Shown in pieces: positions 39,884-49,416 of a stretch of 64,000 nt of DNA. Below the pieces are notes generated by a model. That model saw nothing but the letters and a program-made list of their open reading frames with translations. It had not been told where the DNA came from and searched no databases. Numbering within the stretch: the stretch's first letter is position 1; every line of letters begins with the position of its first letter. The stretch lies in the NCBI GenBank assembly GCA_964291285.2, contig OZ219788.1, positions 448,001 to 512,000 of the forward strand, written 5' to 3'. Made by a program: the position numbers and the translations under genes. This DNA is from Alphaproteobacteria bacterium (GTDB lineage Bacteria > Pseudomonadota > Alphaproteobacteria > Bin95).

Positions 39884-41791
39884 CTATGGAATCGCTTCCG
39901 AACCCATATCGGTTGGTAAGGGCTCCAAGGTCTGCACGATCTCCTCCAGAATATCGAATACCTTTTCAAAGTGCCGAAAGTCTTGGTCCGTGCCTTCGTT
40001 ACGTAGCCAATCGCAGAGATTTCTTTTCTCGTCCTTATTTACACTCCAACATTCTGGAACTTGCTCTTGCCGTCCTCTAATGGTTCTGGCATGAGATGAG
40101 GCGATATCTATAAATTTCGGGTGATGTTTCCGAGCCCTCTCCAAAGTTGTCCTATCAAAAAGATTTTCGACTCCTTTCTTTATGGGATGATTTTGGAAGT
40201 AAGGCATTTTCCTTTTGTAGATGCTGGCTTCCTTGTCTTCCCTGTCTTGGCTTTCCGGATCATGCAGCAAGATTATCGTCTTTTCAGACAATGTGCCAAA
40301 ATTTACAAGCTTTTTTAAGCTCGTCCACATCATCTTCAGGTTTCCATTACCCCCAGAGCATTCAATTTCGAATTTTTCCAGGACATCATTTTTTCCAAGG
40401 AACGTTGCCGCACTCCTAAGGTAATCCCGATCTGTTTCACCTTCGACGATTATCATCAAATGTTGTGCATTTTCAACCAAATACCGAACCTCATTTGAAA
40501 ATCTTGTAGTGTCCTTATACGCCTGAAATGCTTGATCGAACTCGTCAAACTCCTCTGGAGAGATGCGAGAGCCGCTCGGAAGGTCGTAGATCTCGAATCC
40601 GTCGTCTCCAAACACCTTTGCCATTCCGAGGGCAAACAACACCGAATGCGTAGTCATTACAAACTGAATTTGAGGAAACATCCGAATCAGTGTCGGGAGT
40701 ATATCGTGCTGATGTCGTGCATGAAGATGCAGGTCAACCTCATCAACTACTACAACCCCTTTCACGTTTTCGATCGAAGTAAAAGGCATATTCCGCGCTT
40801 CCCTGAGATCAAAATCCCTCAGTATGGAAAAAAATAGTGTTAACAGAGTCATCTCTCCGCTGGACAGCTGGAAGAGATTGGGGACCAATGGCTGCTGATC
40901 GCCCTCCAAGCTTATGACTCGATTGTGTCTCCCGCCGATGCCAAACCGAAGATTTCTCTTTGCAGCCAATTCTGGCATAACGGCACGCAAGACTTCCAGT
41001 ACCGAATTGTACATATTTGTTGCATCGCCTTGATACCCAAGAAACAGGGGAAGCGTTGTAGTTTGCTTCTGCTCCTTATCCGAAGTAGCGGGAAGGGCAA
41101 TGGGAAAGTTGCCCGAGTGTATTTCGAAAGCTGCACGGTCATAGACAACGTCATACAACCAATCGTGGATGTCTCGAAGCGGCGAGTGAGCGATCAATCG
41201 ACGTCGAGTTTCTCCTTTCAGGCGAGAGCCCTGTGTATAATGTGGCTTGGCGCGTAGATTGCCCTCATTCAGCCAAGCTGGTTCTTCAGTACGATTGGAT
41301 GGAAAATAGAGTAAACAATTTTCTGATATTATGTTTTTTACGGCCGTGCTGTGTGAAGGATCCAGTATGTTGGATTTGAAGTGATCCATTTCTTCGTTAT
41401 CGAAGTGAGCTTCCCAAGCATCAAACCCGGGATTGCCGTCTGTCATCGGTGCTTGGGTATACTCTCCTTTTGGCTTTCTCAGGCGGAGTTCTTGAATAAA
41501 ATATTCAGGACGAAAGTCACACCTAGCATAGTAATATTCGGCTTCAACGGAGATGTAGGAGCTGCTGCGCAGCTTGAATACCCTGCCGGCATCCAATTCT
41601 CTCGAGTCCGGATAAACGCTGTCCTTGGCCATCACCATGGCATTGACTATGTGGGAAAGGACTATGGTCTTGCCGGAGCCGTTTTCGCCAACAAGCAGAA
41701 CGGGTTTCGGGCGATCTCCGTCGAACGGGAAGTGGAGGTCCAGATTCCGGAGCGGGCCGTAGTTCGCCAGCTGAAGCCGTGTCAGGTACAT
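39884..41791 (-). CDS. ABC-ATPase + TOPRIM (OLD-like) ATP-dependent nuclease
   Basis: GENGSGKT, LSSGE, VVVDEVDLHLH, TTHS; IIVEGETD, LLHDPE, GVENLF; markedly lower GC. Confidence 0.85.
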   Translation of the reverse strand: MYLTRLQLANYGPLRNLDLHFPFDGDRPKPVLLVGENGSGKTIVLSHIVNAMVMAKDSVYPDSRELDAGRVFKLRSSSYISVEAEYYYARCDFRPEYFIQELRLRKPKGEYTQAPMTDGNPGFDAWEAHFDNEEMDHFKSNILDPSHSTAVKNIISENCLLYFPSNRTEEPAWLNEGNLRAKPHYTQGSRLKGETRRRLIAHSPLRDIHDWLYDVVYDRAAFEIHSGNFPIALPATSDKEQKQTTTLPLFLGYQGDATNMYNSVLEVLRAVMPELAAKRNLRFGIGGRHNRVISLEGDQQPLVPNLFQLSSGEMTLLTLFFSILRDFDLREARNMPFTSIENVKGVVVVDEVDLHLHARHQHDILPTLIRMFPQIQFVMTTHSVLFALGMAKVFGDDGFEIYDLPSGSRISPEEFDEFDQAFQAYKDTTRFSNEVRYLVENAQHLMIIVEGETDRDYLRSAATFLGKNDVLEKFEIECSGGNGNLKMMWTSLKKLVNFGTLSEKTIILLHDPESQDREDKEASIYKRKMPYFQNHPIKKGVENLFDRTTLERARKHHPKFIDIASSHARTIRGRQEQVPECWSVNKDEKRNLCDWLRNEGTDQDFRHFEKVFDILEEIVQTLEPLPTDMGSEAIP

Positions 41792-41883
41792 GTGGTCATT
41801 CCCTTGGATGGTCGGTGCTTTAGCACCAGGTCAGCATCCGCCAAGAGGCGGAAGTTCCTGACCGTGACTTTATGAAGGTGCAT
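41782..41883 (-). pseudogene. 5' stub of another OLD/ABC ATPase
   Basis: MHLHKVTVRNFRLL is a typical first strand (NFR motif). Confidence 0.55.
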
Positions 41884-41941
41884 GTGCGGACCTGTGTATG
41901 TGCGGACCTGTGTGTCGGGGGATGTGTGTGTGTGTGTCGGG
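41882..41941. repeat. 16-bp tandem duplication plus (TG)n microsatellite
   Basis: ATGTGCGGACCTGTGT x2, then a TG run of about 7 units. Confidence 0.8.
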
Positions 41942-42197
41942 CAGGCGAGGTCGAGTTTCCCTGAAGCTCCGAGAGTACAGTTCCCAGCAGCCGAAAGCAC
42001 CATGATCCGGAAGGAACCCAAGTCAGGTGCATAACACAGACTCCACGCGGCCGCACCTCAGTGGCGCGGACCGCGCCTGCCGTTCGGCGAGACGCCGCTC
42101 GGGCGTACTGCCGCGGGTGTCGGCCTCGATGCCCGCCTTCGGCAGGGTGCAGGCGTTGTCCAAACCAGCGAAGCCACGCTTGCTCCTGCGCCCGTCC

Positions 42198-42212
42198 GGT
42201 GTAAAATACACC
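42198..42212. promoter_or_regulatory. Palindromic putative operator upstream of the RHH gene
   Basis: GGTGTA-AAA-TACACC, about 28 bp before the ATG. Confidence 0.45.
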
Positions 42213-42240
42213 AGATGGGTTGGGTGAGGAGTCGAAGCTC

Positions 42241-42477
42241 ATGGGTCGGCCAAGGCAGAACAAGCAGACCGCCCGGCTGAGCGTCAGCTTCGAGAAAGCG
42301 GATTATGAGCAGGTTGCCGCGATTGCCGAAGCCAACGATGTGTCCACCGCGTGGATCATCCGGCAGGCCGTCACCGCTTATCTGGACGCTTACCGAGATT
42401 CGGCGCTTCCTTTTGATCCACGGCGTGGGCAAACGCCGGAACGCGCGCCGGTAACCGAGGGAAGGCGGGGCTCGTGA
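42241..42477 (+). CDS. CopG/ribbon-helix-helix regulator
   Basis: RLSVSF..DYEQVAAIAEANDVSTAWIIRQAV. Confidence 0.8.
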   Translation: MGRPRQNKQTARLSVSFEKADYEQVAAIAEANDVSTAWIIRQAVTAYLDAYRDSALPFDPRRGQTPERAPVTEGRRGS

Positions 42478-42608
42478 GCAAAAAGAGCGATCTCCCCTTC
42501 GGCAGCGAGTTTTCGCCCTCGCAGATTGAACTACCGAAGGCGCTGGAGTTTGCGGCTCGGCATGGCGGTAATTGGCGCGCCTTCGAGGAGACCGTGCGGG
42601 AAGCCTAG
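42474..42608 (+). pseudogene. 5' fragment of a putative restriction endonuclease, cut by IS630
   Basis: GTGA coupling to the RHH gene; SKKSDLPFGSEFSPSQIEL recalled from REase N-termini (not verified); ends at the IS target CTAG. Confidence 0.45.
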
Positions 42609-43790
42609 TCATCTGAATCTAAAGTTCGTGGCATAAGTTTTGTTCGACGCGGAGACAGAAGCGCTTGACGGCGGCGAGGATTTCGTCAGCTGATTTGGTC
42701 CATTTGAAGGGCTTGGGATTTTCGTTGTGGGTTTCGATGAAGGCCCGGATGTCGGTTTCGAGTTGCAGGGTCGAGCGGTGGACGCCGCGTTGCAACTGCT
42801 TGCGGGTCAGTTCGGCGAACCAGCGCTCGACCTGGTTGAGCCACGAGGCGGATGTCGGCGTGAAGTGGACGTGCCAGTGCGGCCGCCGGGCCAGCCAGGC
42901 TTTGACCGCGGCGGTCTTGTGGGTGGCGTAGTTGTCCATGACGATGTGGATGTCGAGCCCGTCCGGGACATTGCGGTCGATCACCTTGAGGAAGTCGAGG
43001 AACTCCCTGGCCCGGTGGCGGCGATAGCACTTGGCGATCACCGCACCGGTGGCGATGTCGAGCGCCGCGAACAGCGAGGTCGTGCCGTTGCGCTTGTAAT
43101 CGTGGGTGCGCCGCTCAGGGATGCCGGGCAGCATCGGCAGGACCGGCTGGGTGCGGTCGAGGGCCTGGATCCGGCTCTTTTCGTCGACGCAGAGCACCAG
43201 CGCGCGGTCCGGCGGCGAGAGGTAGAGGCCGACAATGTCGCGGACCTTGTCCACGAAGTGCGGATCGGCCGACAGCTTGAACGTCTCAGCCCGGTGCGGC
43301 TGCAGGCCGAACGCGCCCCAGAGGCGCCAGATCGACGTGTGCGACAGCTTCGCCTCCTTCGCCATCGAGCGCAGCGACCAGTGGGTCGCGTCCGCAGGCG
43401 TCGAGGTGAGCGTGCGCTCGATCACTTCCGCCACTTTCTCGTCCGCGATGCTCCGCGGGCGCCCCGGACGGGGCTCGTCCGAAAGCCCCTCGATGCGGTT
43501 CTTGACGAAACGCCTGCGCCACTTGCCGACGGTGTGCTCGTGCATGCCGAGTTCTGCGGCTACCGCCTTGTTGCCCAGCCCGTCAGCGCAACGCAGGATC
43601 ATGCGGCAGCGATCCGACAGCGAGCGCGCCACACGGTGACGCCGAACCTGCGCTTCCAGAAACGACCGTTCCTCATCGCTCAAGACCAAGGCCGCCAGCG
43701 GCCGTCCCGTACCGCGCCCCATCGAGATGACCTCCTTTGTCCGACCCGGAAGACCATCCTACAATGAACTCTACTTCAGTGCCAGGTGAC
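42608..43790 (-). mobile_element. IS630-family element
   Basis: Imperfect IR GTCATCTGAATCTAAAGT / GTCACCTGGCACTGAAGT, TA on both flanks. Confidence 0.88.
42619..43722 (-). CDS. IS630-family transposase
   Basis: RPGRP, THWS, VDEKS, MDNYATHK, FTPTSASWLNQVERWF. Confidence 0.95.
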   Translation of the reverse strand: MGRGTGRPLAALVLSDEERSFLEAQVRRHRVARSLSDRCRMILRCADGLGNKAVAAELGMHEHTVGKWRRRFVKNRIEGLSDEPRPGRPRSIADEKVAEVIERTLTSTPADATHWSLRSMAKEAKLSHTSIWRLWGAFGLQPHRAETFKLSADPHFVDKVRDIVGLYLSPPDRALVLCVDEKSRIQALDRTQPVLPMLPGIPERRTHDYKRNGTTSLFAALDIATGAVIAKCYRRHRAREFLDFLKVIDRNVPDGLDIHIVMDNYATHKTAAVKAWLARRPHWHVHFTPTSASWLNQVERWFAELTRKQLQRGVHRSTLQLETDIRAFIETHNENPKPFKWTKSADEILAAVKRFCLRVEQNLCHEL

Positions 43791-43792
43791 TA

Positions 43793-44629
43793 GGTCGTGT
43801 ACCCATAAGGGGTTTCTTCTTCAGCGCAGCTGTGATTCAAGCTCCCAACATCAGGGAGCGAGGACATGGGCCGGTACGATCTGACGGACTTCGAATGGCG
43901 GGTGATCAAGCCGTTGCTGCCGAACAAGACCCGTGGGGTGCCGCGGGTTGACGACCGGCGGGTGTTGAACGGCATTCTGTGGGTGCTTCGCGCGGGGGCG
44001 CCGTGGCGAGACCTGCCGGAGCACTACGGGCCTTGTACGACCTGCTACAACCGGTTCAACCGCTGGCGCAAGAAGGGCATCTGGGATCAGTTGATGGATG
44101 CGGTGGTGGAGGCTCACGACGGCAATGTGCAGATGATCGACAGTTCGAGCGTCCGGGTTCACCAGCATGCGGCGGGATCAAAAAAGGGGGTCCGGATCGT
44201 TGCATGGGCCGTTCCCGTGGCGGACTGACCACGAAGATCCACGCCGTGTCGGACGTGAGCGGCCTGCCGGTCCGCTATGACCTCAGCCCTGGCCAGGCGC
44301 ACGACACCACGGCCGCCGGTGCCATGCTGGCGACCCTGCCGCCCGACAGTTTCCTCATCGCCGACAAGGCCTATGACGCCAAATGGATCCGTGACCTGAT
44401 CGAGCAACACGATGCCGTCCCGATCATCCCCGACCGCGAAGGCGCGAAGACCAGGCACGCTTTCTCCAAACCCTTGTATAAATTGCGAAACCGGATCGAA
44501 CGCGCCTTCAACAAACTCAAGCAGTTCCGCCGCATCGCCACCCGATACGAAAAGCTCGCGGCCAACTTCCTCGCCATGATCAAGATCGCTACTGTCAGGC
44601 TCTGGCTACGCGCTTATGAGTCCACGGCC
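43793..44629 (+). mobile_element. IS5-family (IS427 group) element
   Basis: IR GGTCGTGTACCCATAAG / CTTATGAGTCCACGGCC, TA flanks. Confidence 0.88.
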
Positions 44630-44632
44630 TAA
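43866..44632 (+). CDS. IS5-family transposase, two ORFs joined by a probable -1 frameshift
   Basis: DLTDFEW, PWRDLP, IDSS; slippery A6G5 near 44180; GRSRGGLTTKIH, ADKAYD, IERAFNKLKQFRRIATRYEK. Confidence 0.9.
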
Positions 44633-44738
44633 TCTTCAAAAGCGATTCCCTTGGCCCAGCTACCCCCATATCTTGTGTTGGGCGAGTGTTTCTCCTCAGT
44701 ATGCTCGGTTTCAATAATAACCAAGGGGATTGCGGAAC

Positions 44739-45896
44739 ATGGCCATCAAACCACCTGATCAGGGCTTCATCTTCTGGCCCGTCGGCACGGGCGACAGCAC
44801 GACCATTCGAGTAACAGAAACGGTTTACCTTCAAATCGACCTTCGGCACATGGCCAAGGCGGGAAACCGCAGCGACCCCGCCTGGCCGGTCATCGACGAG
44901 CTCATACGTATCCTTCCGAGACTCAGCGGCACGCCATACCTGTCGGTGTTCGGACTTAGCCATCCCGATCTCGACCATTGCCAGGGCTTCGAGGAGTTGA
45001 AACGCCGCGTCATCGTCTCCGAACTCTGGATGTCGCCGCGCACCTTTCGCGAATTCATGGAGGGCGACGACCTTTGCGACGACGCACAAGCCTTTCACGA
45101 TGAGGCCATGCGTCGCGTCCAAGCCGCTATCCGGGCGGGCGGCGACCCCGGCCGGGGTAACCGCATTCGCATCATCGGCTACGACGACCTTCTGTGCGAA
45201 CGCGAGTTTCGTGGCTTCCCCGCGCAGTTCCTGACCATTCCCGGTAAGACCATTACGACACTGGACGGTGAGGATCTCTCCAATCGGTTCGAGGCGTTTG
45301 TCCACGCCCCGTTTCGCGAGGACAGCTTCGGTGACCGCAACGACTGCAGCCTCGCCTTCCAGGTCTCGCTCTACAATGGCAACCACGCTGGCCGGGCACT
45401 GCTCATGGGGGACCTCAGCTATCCCGTCATCCGGCGAATCTTCCACCGAAGTATCCGCACGACACTCGCCTGGAATGTGCTGCTCGCCCCGCATCATTGC
45501 TCGAAGTCCGCCATGTACTGGAAGGAAGAGGGGGACAGCGACGAGACCCTAAAGGAGCATATCGTTCGCGAGATCGCTGCCGCAGCCCTCAACCCGGGAC
45601 ATGTCGTCTCGAGTTCCGAACCTGTGCCGACACGCAACGACCCGGGCGACAACCCACCTCACGCCAAGGCGAAGAGACAGTACGAACGCATCGTCGCCAA
45701 CGCCTTCCTGTGCACCCACGAACACCCGAACCGCAAGAATCCCAAGCCGATCATCTTCGAGGTCGACCGGAACGGTTTCGCATATGTTGGCGACACACAA
45801 TCGAGCAGCTCCATGAGCGAGGTGCTGAAGGCTGTCGGCGGCGTCGCCGCGTCGCCGCCTGCCGTCGCGGTCGGATTCGGTCGTGGCAATAAGTGA
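44739..45896 (+). CDS. Metallo-beta-lactamase-fold (ComEC-like) hydrolase
   Basis: VGTGDS, SHPDLDHCQG, NDCSL, LMGD, APHHCSK; C-terminus AVGFGRGNK. Confidence 0.88.
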   Translation: MAIKPPDQGFIFWPVGTGDSTTIRVTETVYLQIDLRHMAKAGNRSDPAWPVIDELIRILPRLSGTPYLSVFGLSHPDLDHCQGFEELKRRVIVSELWMSPRTFREFMEGDDLCDDAQAFHDEAMRRVQAAIRAGGDPGRGNRIRIIGYDDLLCEREFRGFPAQFLTIPGKTITTLDGEDLSNRFEAFVHAPFREDSFGDRNDCSLAFQVSLYNGNHAGRALLMGDLSYPVIRRIFHRSIRTTLAWNVLLAPHHCSKSAMYWKEEGDSDETLKEHIVREIAAAALNPGHVVSSSEPVPTRNDPGDNPPHAKAKRQYERIVANAFLCTHEHPNRKNPKPIIFEVDRNGFAYVGDTQSSSSMSEVLKAVGGVAASPPAVAVGFGRGNK

Positions 45897-48800
45897 AGGG
45901 CAACGGATTGCCCTCACCCAACTCCGGCGTATCGCCAATACGCACCGATCTCCCATCCGGATCGTCGGTATCGACGATGACCCGGCTCCCGGCGCTTATC
46001 TGAACGTCGATATCTCGCTCGACTGCACGCACTACCCGCGTGTCGAGGGAGGCCTTCCGCTGCACGACCGAGAAGGCATCACGCTTTCGGTGCCGGCGGA
46101 TTTTCCATTCAGTTCGCCGTCGGTCGACACCCCCCATTCCCGGTTCCACGGCTTCGGCCATGTGCAGTGGGGAACCCGTCTCTGCGTTTATCTGTCCACC
46201 GAGACCCAGTGGATCCCCTCCCAAGGCATGTTCGGGTTCTTGGCGCAGATCGACGAGTGGTTTCGACGCGGAGCGCGAAACGAGCTCGACGATCCCGAGG
46301 GACCCCTGCACCCGCCGGTCACCTACCCGGTTGCCACAACTACGATCTGCGTCAACGCCGACACCCCGGCTCGTGATACCTGGCCATGGTTCGGCGCCGC
46401 CACCCTCCATGAGCCCAAACCGGCCCTTCTCGAAGTCCAGGCGTGGATCCCCCTGCATGCGCTCCCCGACCACATGCCGTTTGCGCCGACCGTGCTGCTG
46501 AACTTCGAGCTTCCGTTCGAGTACCCGCGCAAAGTACGATACCTTTTCGACTACCTGGAGGCCAAGGGACGTCTGGGCTACCGCTTCCTTGCCCACATGA
46601 TGGTCGCTTCCGAGCGGATCCCCGATAGCACCTCACTCTACATCGGCATCGGTGCGCCGTCGCGCGGCATCGCTGGCGACCCCGCACAACGAAACCAGCA
46701 CCTCACCTTCTGGGAAATTGAGCCGGGGGACGTCGCCAAGCTGCGCGCCGCATCCATCGCCTGCCAATTCAGCAACCGCTACAAAGGACAGGACACTCCC
46801 GCTGCCATACAGGCATTGAGCGACACCATCCTCGGCACCTTGTTTACCTGGAGGAAGGAAGCCCGTGTACGATGGTGTCATGTGATTGAGAACCGGCCCG
46901 AAGTCATCACTCGGCGCGACGAGGGCACATCGATGGACTGGTTTCGCGGCAAGCGCGTTGCGCTCTGGGGCTGCGGGGCGATCGGCGGGCTCATCGCCGA
47001 ACATCTCGTACGCGCCGGTGTGTCCCAACTCAAGCTCTTCGATCGAGGCCGTGTCGCTCCCAGTCTGCTGATACGGCAGAATTTCTCCGCACTCGACGCC
47101 AATGAGCCCAAGGCCGCGGCGCTTGCCGGGCGTCTGCAATCCATCGCCCCCGGACTTCAGGTCACGACCCGGTCCGAGGACCTCATCTCGCACACCCTCG
47201 CCGAACCGGACTGGGACGCGGATGCCGACCTCATCATCGACGCGACCGCGTCCCTGCAGGTGCGCAGCAAGCTCGAGGCGCTGCTCAAGGAGCACGAGCG
47301 CCAGGCTCCCATTGCGACCTTGATGATCAGCGCCACCGCCCGCCAAGCGGTTGCGGTGCTCGCTCCAACCGGATACCGCGCCGGCCCCCTCGACGCGCTT
47401 CGCCGTCTCGGCATCGCCGCCATCGCGCGGGACTGGCTGAGCGACTGGTCCGAAGCCTTCTGGACCCAGGGGGCCATCGACGGCCTCCGCCAACCCGAGC
47501 CCGGCTGCTCCAATCCGACCTTCGTGGCGTCGCATACCGATGTCGCCGCGCTCTCTGCCCAAGCCCTCAACGCTCTCGCCCAAATCCTCGCCGAACCGGA
47601 CGATGCAGCCAGCGGTCTTCTCATTTCGTGCTCTCCCCATCGTCGCGAGCACAGGTTCCGCTTTCGACCCGACATGCGCTGGATCGCCGATGGAATCGAC
47701 TTCCGCATGTCCATGAACGCCTGGCGCGACATGACGGGCTGGGTCCGCGCCGGCGCCCGTGAACGCTCCGCCGAGCACGAGACCGGCGGCCTGCTGTTCG
47801 GCGAGTTGGACGAGACCCTCGGAATCGCGTGGATTACCAACGTCAGCGGCCCCCCGCGCGACAGCACCTTCTCTCCCGAGGGCTTCGTTTGCGGAACGCA
47901 CGGCACGAGGGAGCTGTGCGAGGACTACCGCGCGCGCACCGACGGTATCGTTCGCTACATCGGCACCTGGCATTCCCATCCGGTCGGTAGTGCCCAACCC
48001 AGCTTCACCGACTACCTGGGCATCACCGACATCTTTACAGCGGCTCCTGATGACGGCGCCCATCATTTGATGGCGATCGTCGGCCACGCGGTCCGTACGC
48101 AACCGGAACTCGGAGTCTACACATTCCAGAAACAGAAACTCGCCGCGCTTGATACCGAAACCGAGCTGGCCCTTTCGGTCCGCGGCGGCATCACCACTCC
48201 GCCTCCCGTCGCGGCGCTCGACAAGGTGATCGGTCTGGCACTCTCTGGCGGCGGATCACGCGCCGTTGCGTTTCACCTTGGCGCCTTGCGCGCGCTCGAA
48301 GACCTGAACTTGCTCAATGAGGTCGACGTGATCTCCGGCGTGTCGGGTGGGGCCGTCATGACCGGGAGGCTCGGCTATACAGAAGCACCGTTCGTCGACA
48401 TAGATCGCAACATCGTCCAGTTCCTTCGCCGGGGCCTGGTAGTGCCGGGACTCGTGAAACTCATCCATCCCGCGCGCGCTGCGCCCCTTGTATGGAACTT
48501 CGTCTTCGTCGCCTTCCCAACGCTCCTTGTCGACCTCCTCACCGGGTCGGCGAGTCGTGTCGCCTCGCTCTTCCCGGGTCTCCGCAGTGCATGCGCCGCG
48601 CTGTCCCGCACCTCGTGGCCCATCCGACGCCGCTACTCGCTAACGCATGTGTTGGCCGACGCCATTGCCGACGTGGTCGGCCCGCAGACATGCGATGCAC
48701 CCACCCGTCAGCACAAGTTGATCGTCTTCAACGCGTGTGAGCTTCGAACCGGCACTGCCTTCCGCATGAGCAACCAACGCTTCGGCTCCTACCGGTATGG

Positions 48801-49383
48801 ATGGGCTCCGGCCAGAGAACTTCGCGTGGCCGACGCCGTCGCAGCCTCGGCCGCTTACCCGCCGTTACTTCCGCCCTTCGACTGGAGAAGGCCGTTCAAA
48901 CGAAACGACAAGACCGAAATGCAGCGGGTCATCGTGACCGATGGCGGCGTTTTCGAGAACCTCGGCATTACCGTCATGGAACCTGACCGGGATCCCCGGA
49001 TCAGCACGATTGACTACGACGTCGACATCATCATTGCAAGCGACGCCGGGATCGGCCAGTTCACCGGCGAGATCCGCCCCCTCAGCTGGCCGAAGCGCAT
49101 GAGCCAAGTCGTCTCCGCAATCATGCGAAAGGTCCAGGACGCGACCAAGCAACGCCTACACGAGCACGCCAAGGCGGAACGCATTGACGGCTTCGTCTAC
49201 GCCGCTCTCGGACAGATCGACCGGCGGGTGCCGCTCAAGCCAGCCAACTGGGTCGACAGAGAAGATGTGATTCGTTATCCGACCGATTTCTCCGCGATGT
49301 CGGAGGTCGACATTCGACGGCTCTCCGGACGAGGTGAGGCCATCATGCGGACTCTGGTCACGCAATACCTTCTGAGTGACTGA
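45883..49383 (+). CDS. E2 - E1(ThiF) - JAB - patatin phospholipase fusion protein
   Basis: E2 HVQ..LC (C101); E1 GCGAIG, RQNF, IDATA, EPGC (C542); JAB ETGG, WHSHP..PSFTD; patatin SGGGSR, GVSGG, DGG. Confidence 0.9.
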   Translation: MAISEGQRIALTQLRRIANTHRSPIRIVGIDDDPAPGAYLNVDISLDCTHYPRVEGGLPLHDREGITLSVPADFPFSSPSVDTPHSRFHGFGHVQWGTRLCVYLSTETQWIPSQGMFGFLAQIDEWFRRGARNELDDPEGPLHPPVTYPVATTTICVNADTPARDTWPWFGAATLHEPKPALLEVQAWIPLHALPDHMPFAPTVLLNFELPFEYPRKVRYLFDYLEAKGRLGYRFLAHMMVASERIPDSTSLYIGIGAPSRGIAGDPAQRNQHLTFWEIEPGDVAKLRAASIACQFSNRYKGQDTPAAIQALSDTILGTLFTWRKEARVRWCHVIENRPEVITRRDEGTSMDWFRGKRVALWGCGAIGGLIAEHLVRAGVSQLKLFDRGRVAPSLLIRQNFSALDANEPKAAALAGRLQSIAPGLQVTTRSEDLISHTLAEPDWDADADLIIDATASLQVRSKLEALLKEHERQAPIATLMISATARQAVAVLAPTGYRAGPLDALRRLGIAAIARDWLSDWSEAFWTQGAIDGLRQPEPGCSNPTFVASHTDVAALSAQALNALAQILAEPDDAASGLLISCSPHRREHRFRFRPDMRWIADGIDFRMSMNAWRDMTGWVRAGARERSAEHETGGLLFGELDETLGIAWITNVSGPPRDSTFSPEGFVCGTHGTRELCEDYRARTDGIVRYIGTWHSHPVGSAQPSFTDYLGITDIFTAAPDDGAHHLMAIVGHAVRTQPELGVYTFQKQKLAALDTETELALSVRGGITTPPPVAALDKVIGLALSGGGSRAVAFHLGALRALEDLNLLNEVDVISGVSGGAVMTGRLGYTEAPFVDIDRNIVQFLRRGLVVPGLVKLIHPARAAPLVWNFVFVAFPTLLVDLLTGSASRVASLFPGLRSACAALSRTSWPIRRRYSLTHVLADAIADVVGPQTCDAPTRQHKLIVFNACELRTGTAFRMSNQRFGSYRYGWAPARELRVADAVAASAAYPPLLPPFDWRRPFKRNDKTEMQRVIVTDGGVFENLGITVMEPDRDPRISTIDYDVDIIIASDAGIGQFTGEIRPLSWPKRMSQVVSAIMRKVQDATKQRLHEHAKAERIDGFVYAALGQIDRRVPLKPANWVDREDVIRYPTDFSAMSEVDIRRLSGRGEAIMRTLVTQYLLSD

Positions 49384-49416
49384 ACTTCAAACACCCTGAC
49401 CTCGTCCAACGTTAAG

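Noticed and set aside
39884-41791. Retron, Gabija or Septu system
   Set aside because: No reverse transcriptase, UvrD or HNH partner is visible
44739-49383. Canonical type II CBASS or Pycsar
   Set aside because: No nucleotidyltransferase or cyclase ORF is adjacent; the partner is an MBL-fold protein
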